64,000 nucleotides of DNA. Source: Eledone cirrhosa. Lineage: Eukaryota. The notes beneath the pieces are model-generated. The model saw only the letters and a program-made list of their open reading frames with translations, made no database searches and was not told the origin of the DNA. The stretch covers positions 86,304,001-86,368,000 of the forward strand of contig OZ024744.1 of NCBI GenBank assembly GCA_964016885.1, given 5' to 3'. Of the stretch, positions 25,733-39,300 are shown in pieces; within the stretch, counting starts at the first letter, position 1; every line of letters begins with the position of its first letter. A program made the translations under genes and the position numbers.

Positions 25733-26245
25733 TGTATGTATAGTATATTTGGTAATATAACGTAAGTTTAATTAAAAGCATTTTGAAGACCTTGCGCTAT
25801 CAATTTAAAGAAGTGACTATGTCACTTACTTCTTTTTTCAGCAAAGGAAGGGAGAGAAGGTAACAGATTCTGTTTCACACTGTTGGTGTTCCTCAGAGCA
25901 ACGTACTCGCCGACCTCTGCCGAAAATTACAGAGGCTGGATTCTTACCCTAATTTTTAATTTTTGCTGGACAGGCAATTGCTCTGTAGAATCAGTTCCTG
26001 ATTATTACTGGAATTCTATAACAATCCAACATCTATAATTTTCAGCAGAGGTCGGCGAGTACGTTGCTCTGAGGAACACCAACAGTGTGGAACAGAATCT
26101 GTCAGCTTCTTTCCCTTCCTTTGCTGAAAAAATGAAAAAAGAAGTAAGTGTTATAGTCACTACTTTAAAATGATAGCGCAAGTTCTTCAAAATGTTTTAA
26201 ATTAAACATACGGTATATTACCAAATATGATATACATACATTCAT
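25728..26245. mobile_element. Inverted pair of ~215-bp pLTR-like arms with HHR family J
   Basis: 25728-25942 vs 26023-26245. HHR consensus GCT-CTGAGGA-ACACcaacaGTGT-GAAACAGA-a-TCTGTC^-AGC at 25859-25899 (-) and 26066-26106 (+). Confidence 0.75.
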
Positions 26246-27124
26246 GTATACATCGCTATTTCAGAGCACCAATCCTAATTTATATATATATATATATTGA
26301 GGAAATTCTGAATACTCTAACATCTTCATGTTAATCAGTCGATAGAATAATTACTGTACTTTAATAGCTTTAGGCTTCTGGCTGGGATGTTGTATTACAA
26401 TTACTCCTTTGTGTATGCCCCAAACGAATTTGTTGAGCAAATTGTATGCAACAAAATCGAAATCACCACACACACGCACACACATATATATATTATATAT
26501 AGAGAGAGATGGATAGATAGATAGACTCTATGAATATGTACGTGTGTTTCTATACGAATGTGCGTATTAGTGTGTGTGTGTGTGTGTAAAATCATGTAGA
26601 TATTTAACAAATATTACCCCAAATTAGTTGGAATACACTTTAAATGTCCATCTCTATGATATTGTAGCTCAATGTATACACATATCATCTAAGTGCATAC
26701 CTTTTTTTCTATATAACCCCTTCGACTTCTGTATTTTGTCATGTCTTACTAACGCTGACTCCATTTCTCTTTTCTTTTTTATATATATTACTAAATTCCT
26801 ACAGTTCATTTTCCTTTACTTTTCCTTTAGTTTTTCGATTCATAACAAAACATCTCACTCTTTCGCTACTCAAAATCTCTCTCATTTGAACTCTCTTCTT
26901 CCTCTCTATTCTCGCTATATCTCCCTTTCACCTTTATCTTTCCCGCGCATCTTTTCCGTTCGCACTCTTCAGTATACTCCTTTACTATATAAATACATAA
27001 ATACATAAATACATAAATACATATGCTCTCTAGTTCATATTTTCAGATCGCCCCTTTCTTCCTCTCAATTTTATACATCTATATTTCTCTATCTATTTCA
27101 TCTTCACCGACTACTCACATTGTA

Positions 27125-27690
27125 GCTCCTCTTCTCTCCTCTCCTCTCCTCTCTTCTCCTCTTCGCTCCCCTCCTTTCCTCTTCTCTCCTCTCCTCCTCT
27201 CTCCTCTTCTCTCCTCTCTCCTATCCTCTTCTCTCCTCTCCACTCCTCTCCTGCCTCTCCCATATCCTCTATTACTCTTCTTTATTTCCTCCCTTCTCTC
27301 CTCTCCTCTCCTGTCCTCTCCTCTCCTCTCCTCTCCTCTCCTCTCTCCTTTTCTTCTCTCCCCTTATTTCCTCTCCTCTTCCCTATCCACTCTTGTTTAT
27401 TTCCTCATCTTCTCTCTTCAATCATACAACCCCACCGCCCTCCTTTTCTCCACATTTCACAATCACTCTCTTCTAAGAATACAATAACGTCAATGATAGA
27501 AACGCATTAAAAGGAATTTTGTATTCCCAGATCTTTCCGAATTATACTTTCTTTCTTCTGCAAATTTATATTTTCTTTTATATTTTTTCTTCATTTGTTT
27601 AATTGTTGTTAACCTTATTTATTTATAACTTTAGTGTCGTTATTGTTGTTGCTGTTGTTATTGTTGTTGTTGTTCTTGTTATTATTATTA

Positions 27691-27748
<58 letters not shown>

Positions 27749-27755
27749 CAGTAGT

Positions 27756-27807
<52 letters not shown>

Positions 27808-27942
27808 ATAGTAGTAATAGTAGTAGTGATGGTGGTGGTAACCATTGTTGTTCATATTTTGAGAAATGCATCGAAGTTGCTTTCTTAAAACAAGAATTAT
27901 TATTTATATTACTATTTTGTATTATTATTATTACTATTATTG

Positions 27943-27997
<55 letters not shown>

Positions 27998-28027
27998 CAT
28001 TATTATTATTATTATTATTATTATTGC

Positions 28028-28064
<37 letters not shown>

Positions 28065-28116
28065 GCTATTGTAGATGTTTATGTTTATTCTTAAGCACGA
28101 GGATGTTCTTACTATT

Positions 28117-28153
<37 letters not shown>

Positions 28154-28587
28154 TCCTTTCTATAGCTGACTTCTATCATGAATCTCATTCGATTTCTATT
28201 GTTTTATATTTTTATATTGCTGTAATGGCTGATCAAGATTCTATGTTTGTTTATTGCATGGAATGTGTGTCTTTTTGTCTATTTTTTTTTATTAATAATG
28301 TTGTTGCTGTTGCTTTTACGTTTTGTTGTTGTTGTTGTTGTTGTTTTTGTTGTTGTTGCTTTTCTTCTGTTGTTTATGAGGTTAGAGGTCTGTAAAGTGG
28401 GAGGTTCTGGTTGTTTATTGTAGATGTCGTTATTGTCATTATTCTGTTTTTCTTACAAATTTTATATTGAAAAAGGAAATCATAAAACTGGTACAAAAAT
28501 ATTATTTAAAAAAATTACATATATGTGAATATGCACACATGTTTACACATGAACATATTTATATGTATATTCATATATATATTATAG

Positions 28588-28660
<73 letters not shown>

Positions 28661-28724
28661 TATAAATACATATATATATATATATCATATATCTATATAC
28701 ATATACATATATATTTATATATAT

Positions 28725-28789
<65 letters not shown>

Positions 28790-28846
28790 TATGTATATAT
28801 ATATATATACATATATATGCATATATATATATATATACATATATAC

Positions 28847-28890
<44 letters not shown>

Positions 28891-28940
28891 TTAGATATAC
28901 ATATATAATTTTTATATATATATATATATATACATATATA

Positions 28941-29001
<61 letters not shown>

Positions 29002-29002
29002 T

Positions 29003-29033
<31 letters not shown>

Positions 29034-29034
29034 A

Positions 29035-29116
<82 letters not shown>

Positions 29117-29471
29117 CATGTATGTATGTTTAGACATATATATATATATATGAACCAGAATGAATATTTTAGAATACAAACAAAAAAAATCACCGTACAA
29201 AATTAAATGTAAATAAAATTTATTAATTCCACATTTTCCATGGTCTTTGAGAATAAAATGAAATTCCCCATATTTAATAAGTACCATTGTTTACAAGTTA
29301 AAACCAATTTCAATATCACATAAAGTTTTTCATTGTGCAATCATCGGCATCATGTTCACCATCGTTATCATCACCATCATCATCGTCATCAACAACATGG
29401 TCGTCGTTGTTATAATCATAATCCTCATCTCCGTCATCAACTCATCCGTCATCGTGATCAGCTTTCGCATG

Positions 29472-29566
<95 letters not shown>

Positions 29567-29582
29567 AAGGATATTAATAGTC

Positions 29583-29636
<54 letters not shown>

Positions 29637-29648
29637 TAATAATAATGT

Positions 29649-29679
<31 letters not shown>

Positions 29680-29696
29680 AAGAATGTTATCAACAA

Positions 29697-29754
<58 letters not shown>

Positions 29755-29760
29755 AATTTT
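27125..29760. repeat. Compound microsatellite region: (CCTCT)n, (TTA)n, (AGC)n, (AGT)n, (TA)n, (TAA)n/(GAA)n
   Basis: Visible repeats. Confidence 0.95.
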
Positions 29761-30595
29761 ATGAATATTATGTTATAAAATTTACTATTGTATTGTCTTC
29801 TACATACATTATCATCATCATCTTTCTTTTTATTATACAGTTTTATTAATAATGTTTTATTATGATTTGGTTATTGTGGGAGATTTGTACATTTTATCGA
29901 AGTCGTAAAAGTAAAGTATAAATAAGCAAATAAACAACAATATATTAATATATAAATATATCGCAACGAATTTATAAATCCGTTTTAGTTCTCCTTTTTC
30001 ACTTTTTTTTCTTGTGTTGAATATATTTCTTCATAGATCTTTTTCCTCGTTATTCTATCAATAACTGTGTGCTGATTTAAATTTTTATTTGTGCTTCCAT
30101 AAATTTTATTTAACCGCTAATTTGTTTAAAGTTCATCAGGATAAGTTGCTGATATGAATCGACGTAATTAAAACGTCTTAATTGGAGAAGCAATATAGTA
30201 GCTTAGAATTTCACAAACCTAGTGGTAAATTAACCTAAATCAATATGTATGTATATATGTGTATGTATATATGTATATATATATACATGTGTGTGTGTGG
30301 GGGTGGGTGTATGTGTGTGAATGGGTGTGTGTATATATGTATACACGAATAATGTATGTATATATATAAAAATATAAATGTATATATATATATATATATA
30401 TACATTCATTCATACATAGATGCATACACACACACATACATATATGCATACATACATATACACATGCATACATTCATTCATTCATACATAGATGCATACA
30501 AACACATACATATATACATGCATAACTAGGAAATACGCCAATGCATTAGGAGAAAAGCAAAAACAAGTTACAGGTGATCTATAAGGAATGATACA

Positions 30596-30642
<47 letters not shown>

Positions 30643-30645
<3 letters not shown>

Positions 30646-30939
30646 TTTCTTTATTAACCACAAGGGTTTACATAAAGTAGACATTAAGGACAGTGCAGGA
30701 CAATACAGTACGGTACAAATAGGCATTTCTGCGTGTAAAAAACAAAAACAGAGGATGTAACAAAAAATAACAATGAAACATTCCCCAATAGGGGGGAGAC
30801 TTCGGAGGGATATTTGTGGGGAAAGCCCAGTAAAAGGCCACAGTGACCCTGACCACCAAGACAAGTGCCCTCTCCCAGTTTTCCACCTTTAATTTACAGA
30901 TACATACTCAGAGTAGGCCCATTCACTCGGGCCATTCTT
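30643..30939 (-). mobile_element. Tx1-type 3' UTR fragment
   Basis: Homologous to the 3' ends at 30940-31300 and 36361-36570; abuts (TAA)n. Confidence 0.8.
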
Positions 30940-33900
30940 GATGATTTCTTTATTGGCCACAAGGGATGACATCAAGAAAAACATTACAGACGGCACAGGA
31001 CGGTACAGGACGGTACGATGTGGATTTTGTGCGTGTAAATATTTTTATTATTATATAAGAAAAGAAAAAAAAGGACATAGAAACATATATATATATATAT
31101 ATATAAACAATAAAAATGAAAATTGATACAATGAAAAATTCCCCAATAGGTGAGAAATCTCCGAGGGTTACTCGTGGCGAAAATCACACAAAAGACCACG
31201 GCCACCCTGACCACCAGGGCAAGCGCCCTCTCTCAATTTTTCCATCTACAGACGTATATTCAGAGTGGTCCCGTTCACTCGGACCATTCTCGCTACATTC
31301 ACCCTCCTTTCAACAAACTTGCTAGAAGGCAGCACTTGCCTCTCCACCCTGATTTTCCTCTTCAAGTGAAACTTGAAAAAATTAATCAGGGATTCGCCGA
31401 AGAGGAAAGTGTCTGTCTTTAACCCTTTTAACCTTGTCCACCACACAATCTATTTCGCCATGGCCACCAGGCAGATGAAAACCGGCTGCCCTTCCTCCTC
31501 GAAGGAAGACAGCGAGACAATCTGCACAGTGGACTCAGTCGATAATCGGATCAGTCCTACACGCGACAGCAACTGTTCGACATAGCTCCACAAGTCAGCA
31601 ATGCTCGGGCACTGAACGAGTGCGTGCACGACAGTTTCGTCGCTCTGCACGCATCTCGGACAGGTTCGGCTGACAGCACTTCCGTGCCTGTAGAGCTTAT
31701 CTCGAACCGGCAGCGCTCCCCGGTAGCACTGCCAGGCCAGGGATTTTTGGAAGTTATCCATAGGCCCCGGGCTGAAAGTTCTACGGAAGAGAGCAAACAG
31801 CTGATCTTCGACGCCCAGGATCTCTCCGAGAATGTCGTCGCCCTTCCCTTCCACTAGTCCTCTATAGAACGCTGAGGTGGATGTTCCACCGATACTGGTG
31901 CCAAGCTGGCAGAGGGCAGTGAGCGCCTGGAGATATTCCAGTTTTCAAGCGATATCCCTCGGTCTTTTTCTGACCCAGGACTGCAGCTCCGTCAAGGAGA
32001 CGAGCTGTGGGAAAAAGTGCCTGGCGAACGGCGACCACACCTGTTCACCATCAAAGAAGCACCAGAGATGTCGGAGCCTCAGCGCATGTTTGCGCATCAT
32101 CAGCCATGGCATGCCCAGTCCTCCACGCAATGGGTGATGACAGCAGATGGATCGTCTGACCATGGGAGCGCGTCCTTTCCACAAAAAGCGGAAGAGGAGG
32201 CGCTCCATTTTGGTGAGAGTTGGGCTGGAGCAAGGGACGACGGTGAGGCGGTAGCAGATGACGGATGCGATGTACGCGTCTCCACCTCCGCCCGGCCTTT
32301 CAGAGACAGCTTCCTCCCGGCCCATTTCTGGGTGAGGGAAGCCACCCTACTCGTCACCTCGTTGAATTTTTTCTCCATCTGGAGGTCCGGTCCGAACCAG
32401 ACCCAAAGCAATTTAACCGGTCCGTCCGTCCAACGTCCCACGCGCTGTCGGACGGCGTGGACTTGCCTCTCCAGGTGGCGAGCTGCAAGCCCACTGACCT
32501 TTCCTAGTTTATCTTTGCTCCTGTCACCGCTTCGTATTCCTTGAGAGCGGTGCCGAGCATCTGGACTTGTCTGGTGTTCGACACCACCACGGTTACGTCG
32601 TCAGCGTAAGCCGACTCGGATTTCCCGCATCCTAGTTCGCGTGGGACCCCCCCTCATCGCCCCCAGTTTGTGCAGTAACAGCTCTACAGCCAATACGTAC
32701 AAGAGGGACGAGAGGGGACAACGCTGGCGGACTGAGCGCATGATGCTGAACGGCTGCGACAGGTGACCGTTCACCTTCTCAACTGAGCAGATGTCGCTGT
32801 ACATTTCTGCGATCCAACCCCTGAAACGGGCCCTAAACCGGCTGCCTCGAGGACCACCGCCAGGTACCTATGGTCGACCCTATCGAATGCTTTGGATTGA
32901 TTAAAGTTGATCAGGGCCCCACCAGTGCCAGGTTCCTTAACCGCCCTCTCTATGATGTATCGCATGAGGTGGAGGTTGTCTGTCCGGAATGGGGCATCTC
33001 TGCGCCTCTCCCACCAGACGACAAGCACCAACCTTGACGACAAGCACCAACCCCGTTGCTAACACATTGGCCAAAATCTTGAACTCTGCGTTTAGCAGGG
33101 TTATGGGCCTGAAATTATCGATAACAGCCCCCTTGTTCGGGTCTTTTCTCAGCAGCGCCACTGCTCCCCGGCTCACAAAACTGGGAATGCTCCCGTTCTG
33201 CTGCCAGTTGCAGTAGACGTCTGCCAAGAGGTCACCGAACAAGTCTGGCATAAATCCATAAAGCTCGTAGGGCAGACCATCCAAACTTGTCGATTTAACC
33301 CTTGTGCAGCTAGCCATCGCTTCCAGTATTTCACTGGCTGTTATTGGCTATTCGCAACACTGTGCTGCGGTCGACGAGTGCCGAGGCAGTCCGTCGAGGT
33401 ATGCACTGAAGTCCATGCCCCGATCCGGGCCACCGCCGCTCCCGAACAGTTCAGCAAAGTGCTGCTGAAAAGCTTCACACATCCGCTCGGGTTCGAGCAT
33501 CACGCACCCGTTTTGGTCAGACAAAGACCGAATTGTGGCTTTGTTGCCACGTCGCGTCTCTGCCACTCGGGCCCATTGGACGGCTTTTGTCCCCTCGTGT
33601 TTCAGAGCACGCGCTCTAGCTCTGACAACGCAGCCTTCGTGTTTTGCGTTGAAGAATTGGTTGAGTGCCAATCTCGCCGCAAGCACGTCGGTTGCGATGC
33701 CTGTCCTAAACGCCTTTTCTAACTTTCTGACTAGCTCTTACTCAACTCTATGTTCCTCTATCACTACTCCTTTGCTAAACCTTATCGACTCTACTTTAAT
33801 TGCCCTTTTTAGGGCGAACCACCACCTGTTGTTGACAACCGCTCCCGTCAACGCCCGCTTAACTAAACGCTAATCCTGTCACTGTAGGCTTTGCGCGCCG

Positions 33901-34686
33901 GGAAAGACGCGTTCAGCTTCCAGTAACCAGGCCCTTGTCTATGATGTCTGTCTATGTCGATCTCACAGATGACAAATTTGTGGTCTGTGTAGTCGACTAT
34001 TTTAAATTGTGGACAACTTATACTAGCCTTATCTAGTTCTCTGCAGAATACCCTATCGAGATATGATCTGGATGACCCGATGAGGTTTGTCCATGTCCAC
34101 ATTTGCACATTCGGGTGATCCAGTCGATACCTGTCAGACAGTTCAAAACGTCTGAGCAGGTTGGTGAGGCTCTTGCACGCTCCTCCTCCATCCACTATCC
34201 CCACACGATCCCAGCGTGCATCCAAGATACCGTTCCAGTCGCCCACTAACACTAAAGAGCGGAACGTTCCAAGAAAGGTCTCTAGACGTCTCAAGAAATC
34301 TGGCCGTCCCGCCCTTGTTGGGGCGTAGACGGCTACTAGCCTGAAAACATTGCCTTCGCTGCCGGTCACGTCCGGCACCACCGACTTACCTTCTGGGTAT
34401 AGGAAGATGGCCCGTATCGCGAGAACCAAGCCTCTCCGAAAAAAGACGGCAACCCCTCCCCCCGATCCTGGACGGCTGGGAGATGCGTATACATCGTAGC
34501 CGCTGAAGATCGGTGCGAAGGCTTGTGCTTCGGACATTCTGGTTTCACCGATGGCCACCACATCTATGTTTAGTGACCTGAGGCCGTTGAGCAGGTGTCC
34601 CTGCTTCCAAGATGACCCCAGGCTACGTGCATTTATACTGCCTATTCTGAGTACGGCCATGTTGGATGAGAAACGGAGCAAGTGAG
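30940..34686 (-). mobile_element. Tx1/L1-clade LINE ORF2 (APE-RT), decayed, 5'-truncated at the ORF2 start
   Basis: MAVLRIGSINARSLG, VGDWNGILD, SYLDRVF, YTDHK, GPGYWKLN, NFRPITLLN, QSKAFDRVDH, CPRC..DETVVHALVQC. Confidence 0.93.
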
Positions 34687-34688
34687 AA

Positions 34689-34750
<62 letters not shown>

Positions 34751-34751
<1 letters not shown>

Positions 34752-36335
34752 TTTACTGCGAAAAGTGAGCGCAGGATACAAGTTGGGAAAGGGAGAGCTT
34801 ACCATCAATCACCTCCTCTTCATGGACGATCTTAAGCTCTTCGGAGAGAGTGAGAAGGAGTTGGATGTGCTTGTTGATACTGTCCGTATTTTCAGCAATG
34901 ATATATGTATGCAATTTGGTATTAGTAAGTGTGGAGTCATTGTGATGAAGAGGAGTAAATTGAGCAGAAGCAACTGAATCCAGGTACCAACAGGTGAGAT
35001 GATAAAGGAAATTGACACTGAAGAAGGATACAAGTATCTGGGTGTTCTGGAGGCTGATGACATCAAGAACAAAAAAATGAAGGAATTGATGAGAACTGTA
35101 TACATTCGGAGAGTAAGGAGCGTATTGAAGTCACATCTGAACAGTTGGAATGCCATAAGTGCAGTAAATTCCCAAGCTGTGTCTATTATTAGATACAGTG
35201 TGAGAATTCTGAGATGGAATGTTGCTGAACAAAACGAAATTGATAGGAAGACTAGGAAGCTATTGACTATCTACAACATGTTCCACAAGAGGAGTGATGT
35301 CGATAGACTCTACTTAAGGAGATCTGAAGGTGGAAGAGGTCTTATCAGCATAGAGGACTGTGTTCAGGTGGAGAAAAACAACCTACACAAATACGTGACT
35401 GATAGTAAGGAGCCAATGCTCAAAATTGTACTGAAGGAGAGGACAATCGACCAGGGGATGTCCAAGGAGGAAATAACAACAAGGAGGAAGAGCAGCCTAC
35501 ATGAAAAATCCCTTCATAGTACCTTTTTGAGAAAACTGAATTCAGAGATCCACAGAGATGGAACTGGTTGAAAAGAGGAGACCTTAAAAAGGCTACAGAA
35601 GTAATGCTAATGGCTGCACAAGAGCAGGCCCTCAAAACGAAGTGGTTGAAACACCACATTTACAAGGAGGAGGCTAGCCCACTGTGCAGGATCTGTGGAG
35701 AGAGAGAGAGAGAGGAGACTGTGGCTCACATTGTATCCGAGTATAAACACCTAGCCCAGACACACTATAAAGGCTGGAGACATGATGTGATGGGCAGGGT
35801 GATCCACTGGCCCCTATGCAAAGTAAACAATTTACCACATTCTGAGAAGTGGTATGAGCATAAGCCAGAGTCGTTGATAGAAAACGATCAGGTGAAGATT
35901 CTGTGGGATTTTAGGATACAGACGGACAATAAATTAGAACACAATAGACCTGACCTGGTGGTTTTGGACAAGGAAAAAAGATCGTGCTTGATTGTGGATG
36001 TGGCCTGCCCATTCGACAGAGAGTGCAAGAGAAGGAGAGGGAGAAAATTAACCGATACCAGGACTTAAAGTGGGAGGTAAAAAGGATTTGGAACTGCTAT
36101 GAAGTCAAAGTGATCCCGATTGTCATAGGCGCACTAGTACTATCTCAAAGAGTTTCCACGGATGGTTAAAGAAAATTGGCGCCTTCACGCTTTTTGGAAA
36201 GCTTCAAAAGGCATGCTTGCTGGGAACAGCAAGAACCCTCCGATACCTCCTGAATATCTGAGGCTGCATGTAGTGGCTTGATATTCATTTCAACAACTTT
36301 ACAGTTAACTAACATCAATGACTGGGACTCAAAGA
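34751..36335 (+). mobile_element. R4/Dong-type LINE, second family, 5'-truncated and decayed
   Basis: INHLLFMDDLKLF, YKYLGV, RLYLRRSEGGRGL, CRICG..ETVAHIVS, WRHD, NRPDLVV. Preceded by (TAA)n, followed by a TAA-like tail. Confidence 0.9.
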
Positions 36336-36360
36336 ACAATAACAATAATGATAATAATAA

Positions 36361-39300
36361 TGCTTTATTCATTAACCACAAGGGTTTACATAAAGTAGAT
36401 ATTAAGGACAGTACAGGACAATACAGGACGGTACATATGGGCATTAGTGGAGAAAGCCCATTAAAAAGCCACAGTGACCCTGACCACCAGGGCAAGTGCC
36501 CTCTCCCAACTTTTCCACCTTTAATTTACGGACATATACTCAGAGTAGGCCCATTCACACGGGCCATACTTGCTTCTTTCACCCATCTTTCAACAAAATG
36601 CTGGGAAGAGAGCACTTCCCTCTCTACCCTGATTTTCCTTTTCAAATGAAATATATAAAAAGTCAATCAGGGCATCACCGAAGAGGTAAGTGCTCGTCTT
36701 CAGCCCTTTCAAACGTGTCCACCATAGTATCTTTTTCGCCATGGCCACCAGACAGATAAAAACTGCCGGCCTCTCCCGGCTAAAGGAAGAGGGCGGGGCA
36801 ATCCTGACGATGGACTCAGCTGATAGCTGGATCCGTCCTACACGCGACAGCAGGTGTTCGCCATAAACTCACAAGTCAGCAATGCTCGGCCACTGGACGA
36901 GTGTGTGCAGGACGGTTTCGTCGCCCTGCGAGCATTTCGGACATGCCCGGCTGACGGCACCTCCATGTCTGTAGAGTTTATCCCGAACTGGAAAAGCTCC
37001 TCGGTAGCAGTGCCAGGCCAGGGATTTCTGGAAGTTGTCCATAAGCCCCGGCCCGAAATTTCTTCAGAAGAGTTTGGCTAGTTGATTTTCGTCGACGCCT
37101 AGAGTTTCCCCAAGTACGTCGTCGCTCTTCCCCTCCACTAATCCTTTATAGAACGCCAAAGTGGAGTTTCCACCGATCACATTGCCCGATTGGTCGAGGG
37201 CTGTGAGCGCCTGAAGATATTCCAGTCTCCAAGCGCTCCCTCTCGGTCTTCGCTTGACCCAGGACTGCAGCTCCGTCAAGGAAACGAGCTGGGGAAAGAC
37301 GCGTCTAGCAAAAGGCCACGACACCTGATCACCGTCGAAGAAGAGGTGGAGAATTCGTAGCCTGAGCAGGTGTCTGCGCATAATCAGCCACGACATGCAC
37401 AGCCCTCCACGTAGCGGGTGTTGACAGTAGATGGACCGCCTGACAATCGGAGCGCGTCCCTTCCACAAAAAGAGCAAACGCTACAGCGCAGTCAGGCGGG
37501 GCTTAGGACAAGGTTCGACGGTCAGGCGGTAGTAAATGACGGACGCGATGTACGCGTTAGCCACCTCCGCTCGACCGTTCAGGGATAGCTTCCTCTCGGC
37601 CCATTTCTGGGTGAGAGAAGCCACCCTGCTCGTCACCTCGTCCCAGTTTTTGTCCGTCTGGAGGTCCGGACCGAACCAGACCCCGAGCAATTTAACTGGT
37701 CCGTTCGTCCAGCGCCCGACGACGCTGTTGGACAGCATGGACCTGCCTCTCCAGGTGCCGAGCTACAGGCCCACTGACTTTTCCTGGTTGATCATTGCTC
37801 CTGTCACCGCTTCGTATTCTCTTAGTGTAGTGCCGATCGCCTCGATGTGTTTGGCGTTCGACACCACTACGGTGACATCGTCCGCATATGCTGACACGGA
37901 TCTTCCGCATCCTAGTTCGCGCGGCACGCTCCTCAATGTCTCCAGTTTGTGCAGTAATGGCTCGAGAGTCAATACGTACAAGAGGGACGAGAAGCGACAT
38001 CCTTTGCGGACCGAGCGCATGATGTTGAGCGGTTCCGAAAGGTGACGGCTCACTCTCACCACAGAGCAGATGTCGCTGTGCATGGCAGCGATCCAGCCTC
38101 TGAAGACGGGCCCAAATCCAGCCGCCCTCAGGACTGCCGTTAGGTAACGATGGTCGACCCTATCGAAAGCTTTCGACTGATCTAAATTGATCAAGGACCC
38201 ACCCGTGCCAGGTTCCTTAGATACCCTCTCCACGATGTATCGCATGAGGTGGAGGATGTCGGGGATGGTTCTGTCGGGAATGGCTCATGTCTACGCCTCT
38301 CCCACCAGCGCCAACATCCTTGCTGGCACCATGGCCAAAATCTTGAACTCTGTGTTTAGCAGAGTTATGGGCCTAAAATTATCTATGTTATCCCCCTTGT
38401 TCGGATCCTTTCTCAGCAGCGCTACAGCTCCTCGTCTCACAGAGCAGGGAATTCTCCCGTTCTGTTGCCAGTTGCAGTAGACGTCCGCCAAGATGCCTCT
38501 GAACAAGTCTGACATCTGTACGTAAAGTACATAGGGCATGCCATCCAAACCCGGCGATTTACCCCTTGTGCAGCCAGTCATTTCCTCCCGTACTTCAGCG
38601 GCTGTTATCGGCTTTTCGCCTCAGTGGCCGAGAGCCGCAGCAGTCCGTCGAGGTAGACACTAAAGTCCATCCCTCGATCCGGCCCGCCGCTGCCCCCGAA
38701 CAGCTGTGCGAAGTGTCGCTGAAAAGCTTCACACATTTTCCCGGAATCGAGTAGCGTGCGCACGTCATGGTCCACCAAAGACCGGATCGTGGCTTTGTTG
38801 CCACAACGCGCCTCCGCCACTCGGGCCCATTGACCGGCTTTCGTCCCGTCGTGTCTGAGAGCACGCACCCTATCTCTGACAACGCAGCCTTCGTCCTTTG
38901 CATTGAAGAATTGGTCAAGGGCCAATTTCGCCGCAAGTACGTCGGTCGCGATGCCTTTGCTAAGCGCCTCGTCTAATTTTCTAACTAGTTCTCCCTCTGC
39001 TCTATTTTTCTCTATTGCTAAAGCCTTACTAAACCTAATCGATTCTATTCTAATCGCTCTTTTCAGAGCAAACCACCACTTGTTGTTGACGATGGCCCCC
39101 GTCAACGCCCGCTTAACTAGTTCGCTAATCCGGTCTCTGTAGGCCTTGCGCGCTGGTAAGGACGCGTTTAGCTTCCAGTAGCCGGGTCCTCGTCTATGAA
39201 GCCTATCTAAGTCAAGCACACAGATCACGAATTTGTGGTCCGTGTAGCTGACTATCTTGAATTGTGGACAGCCTATGCTAGACCTATCTATTTCCCTACA

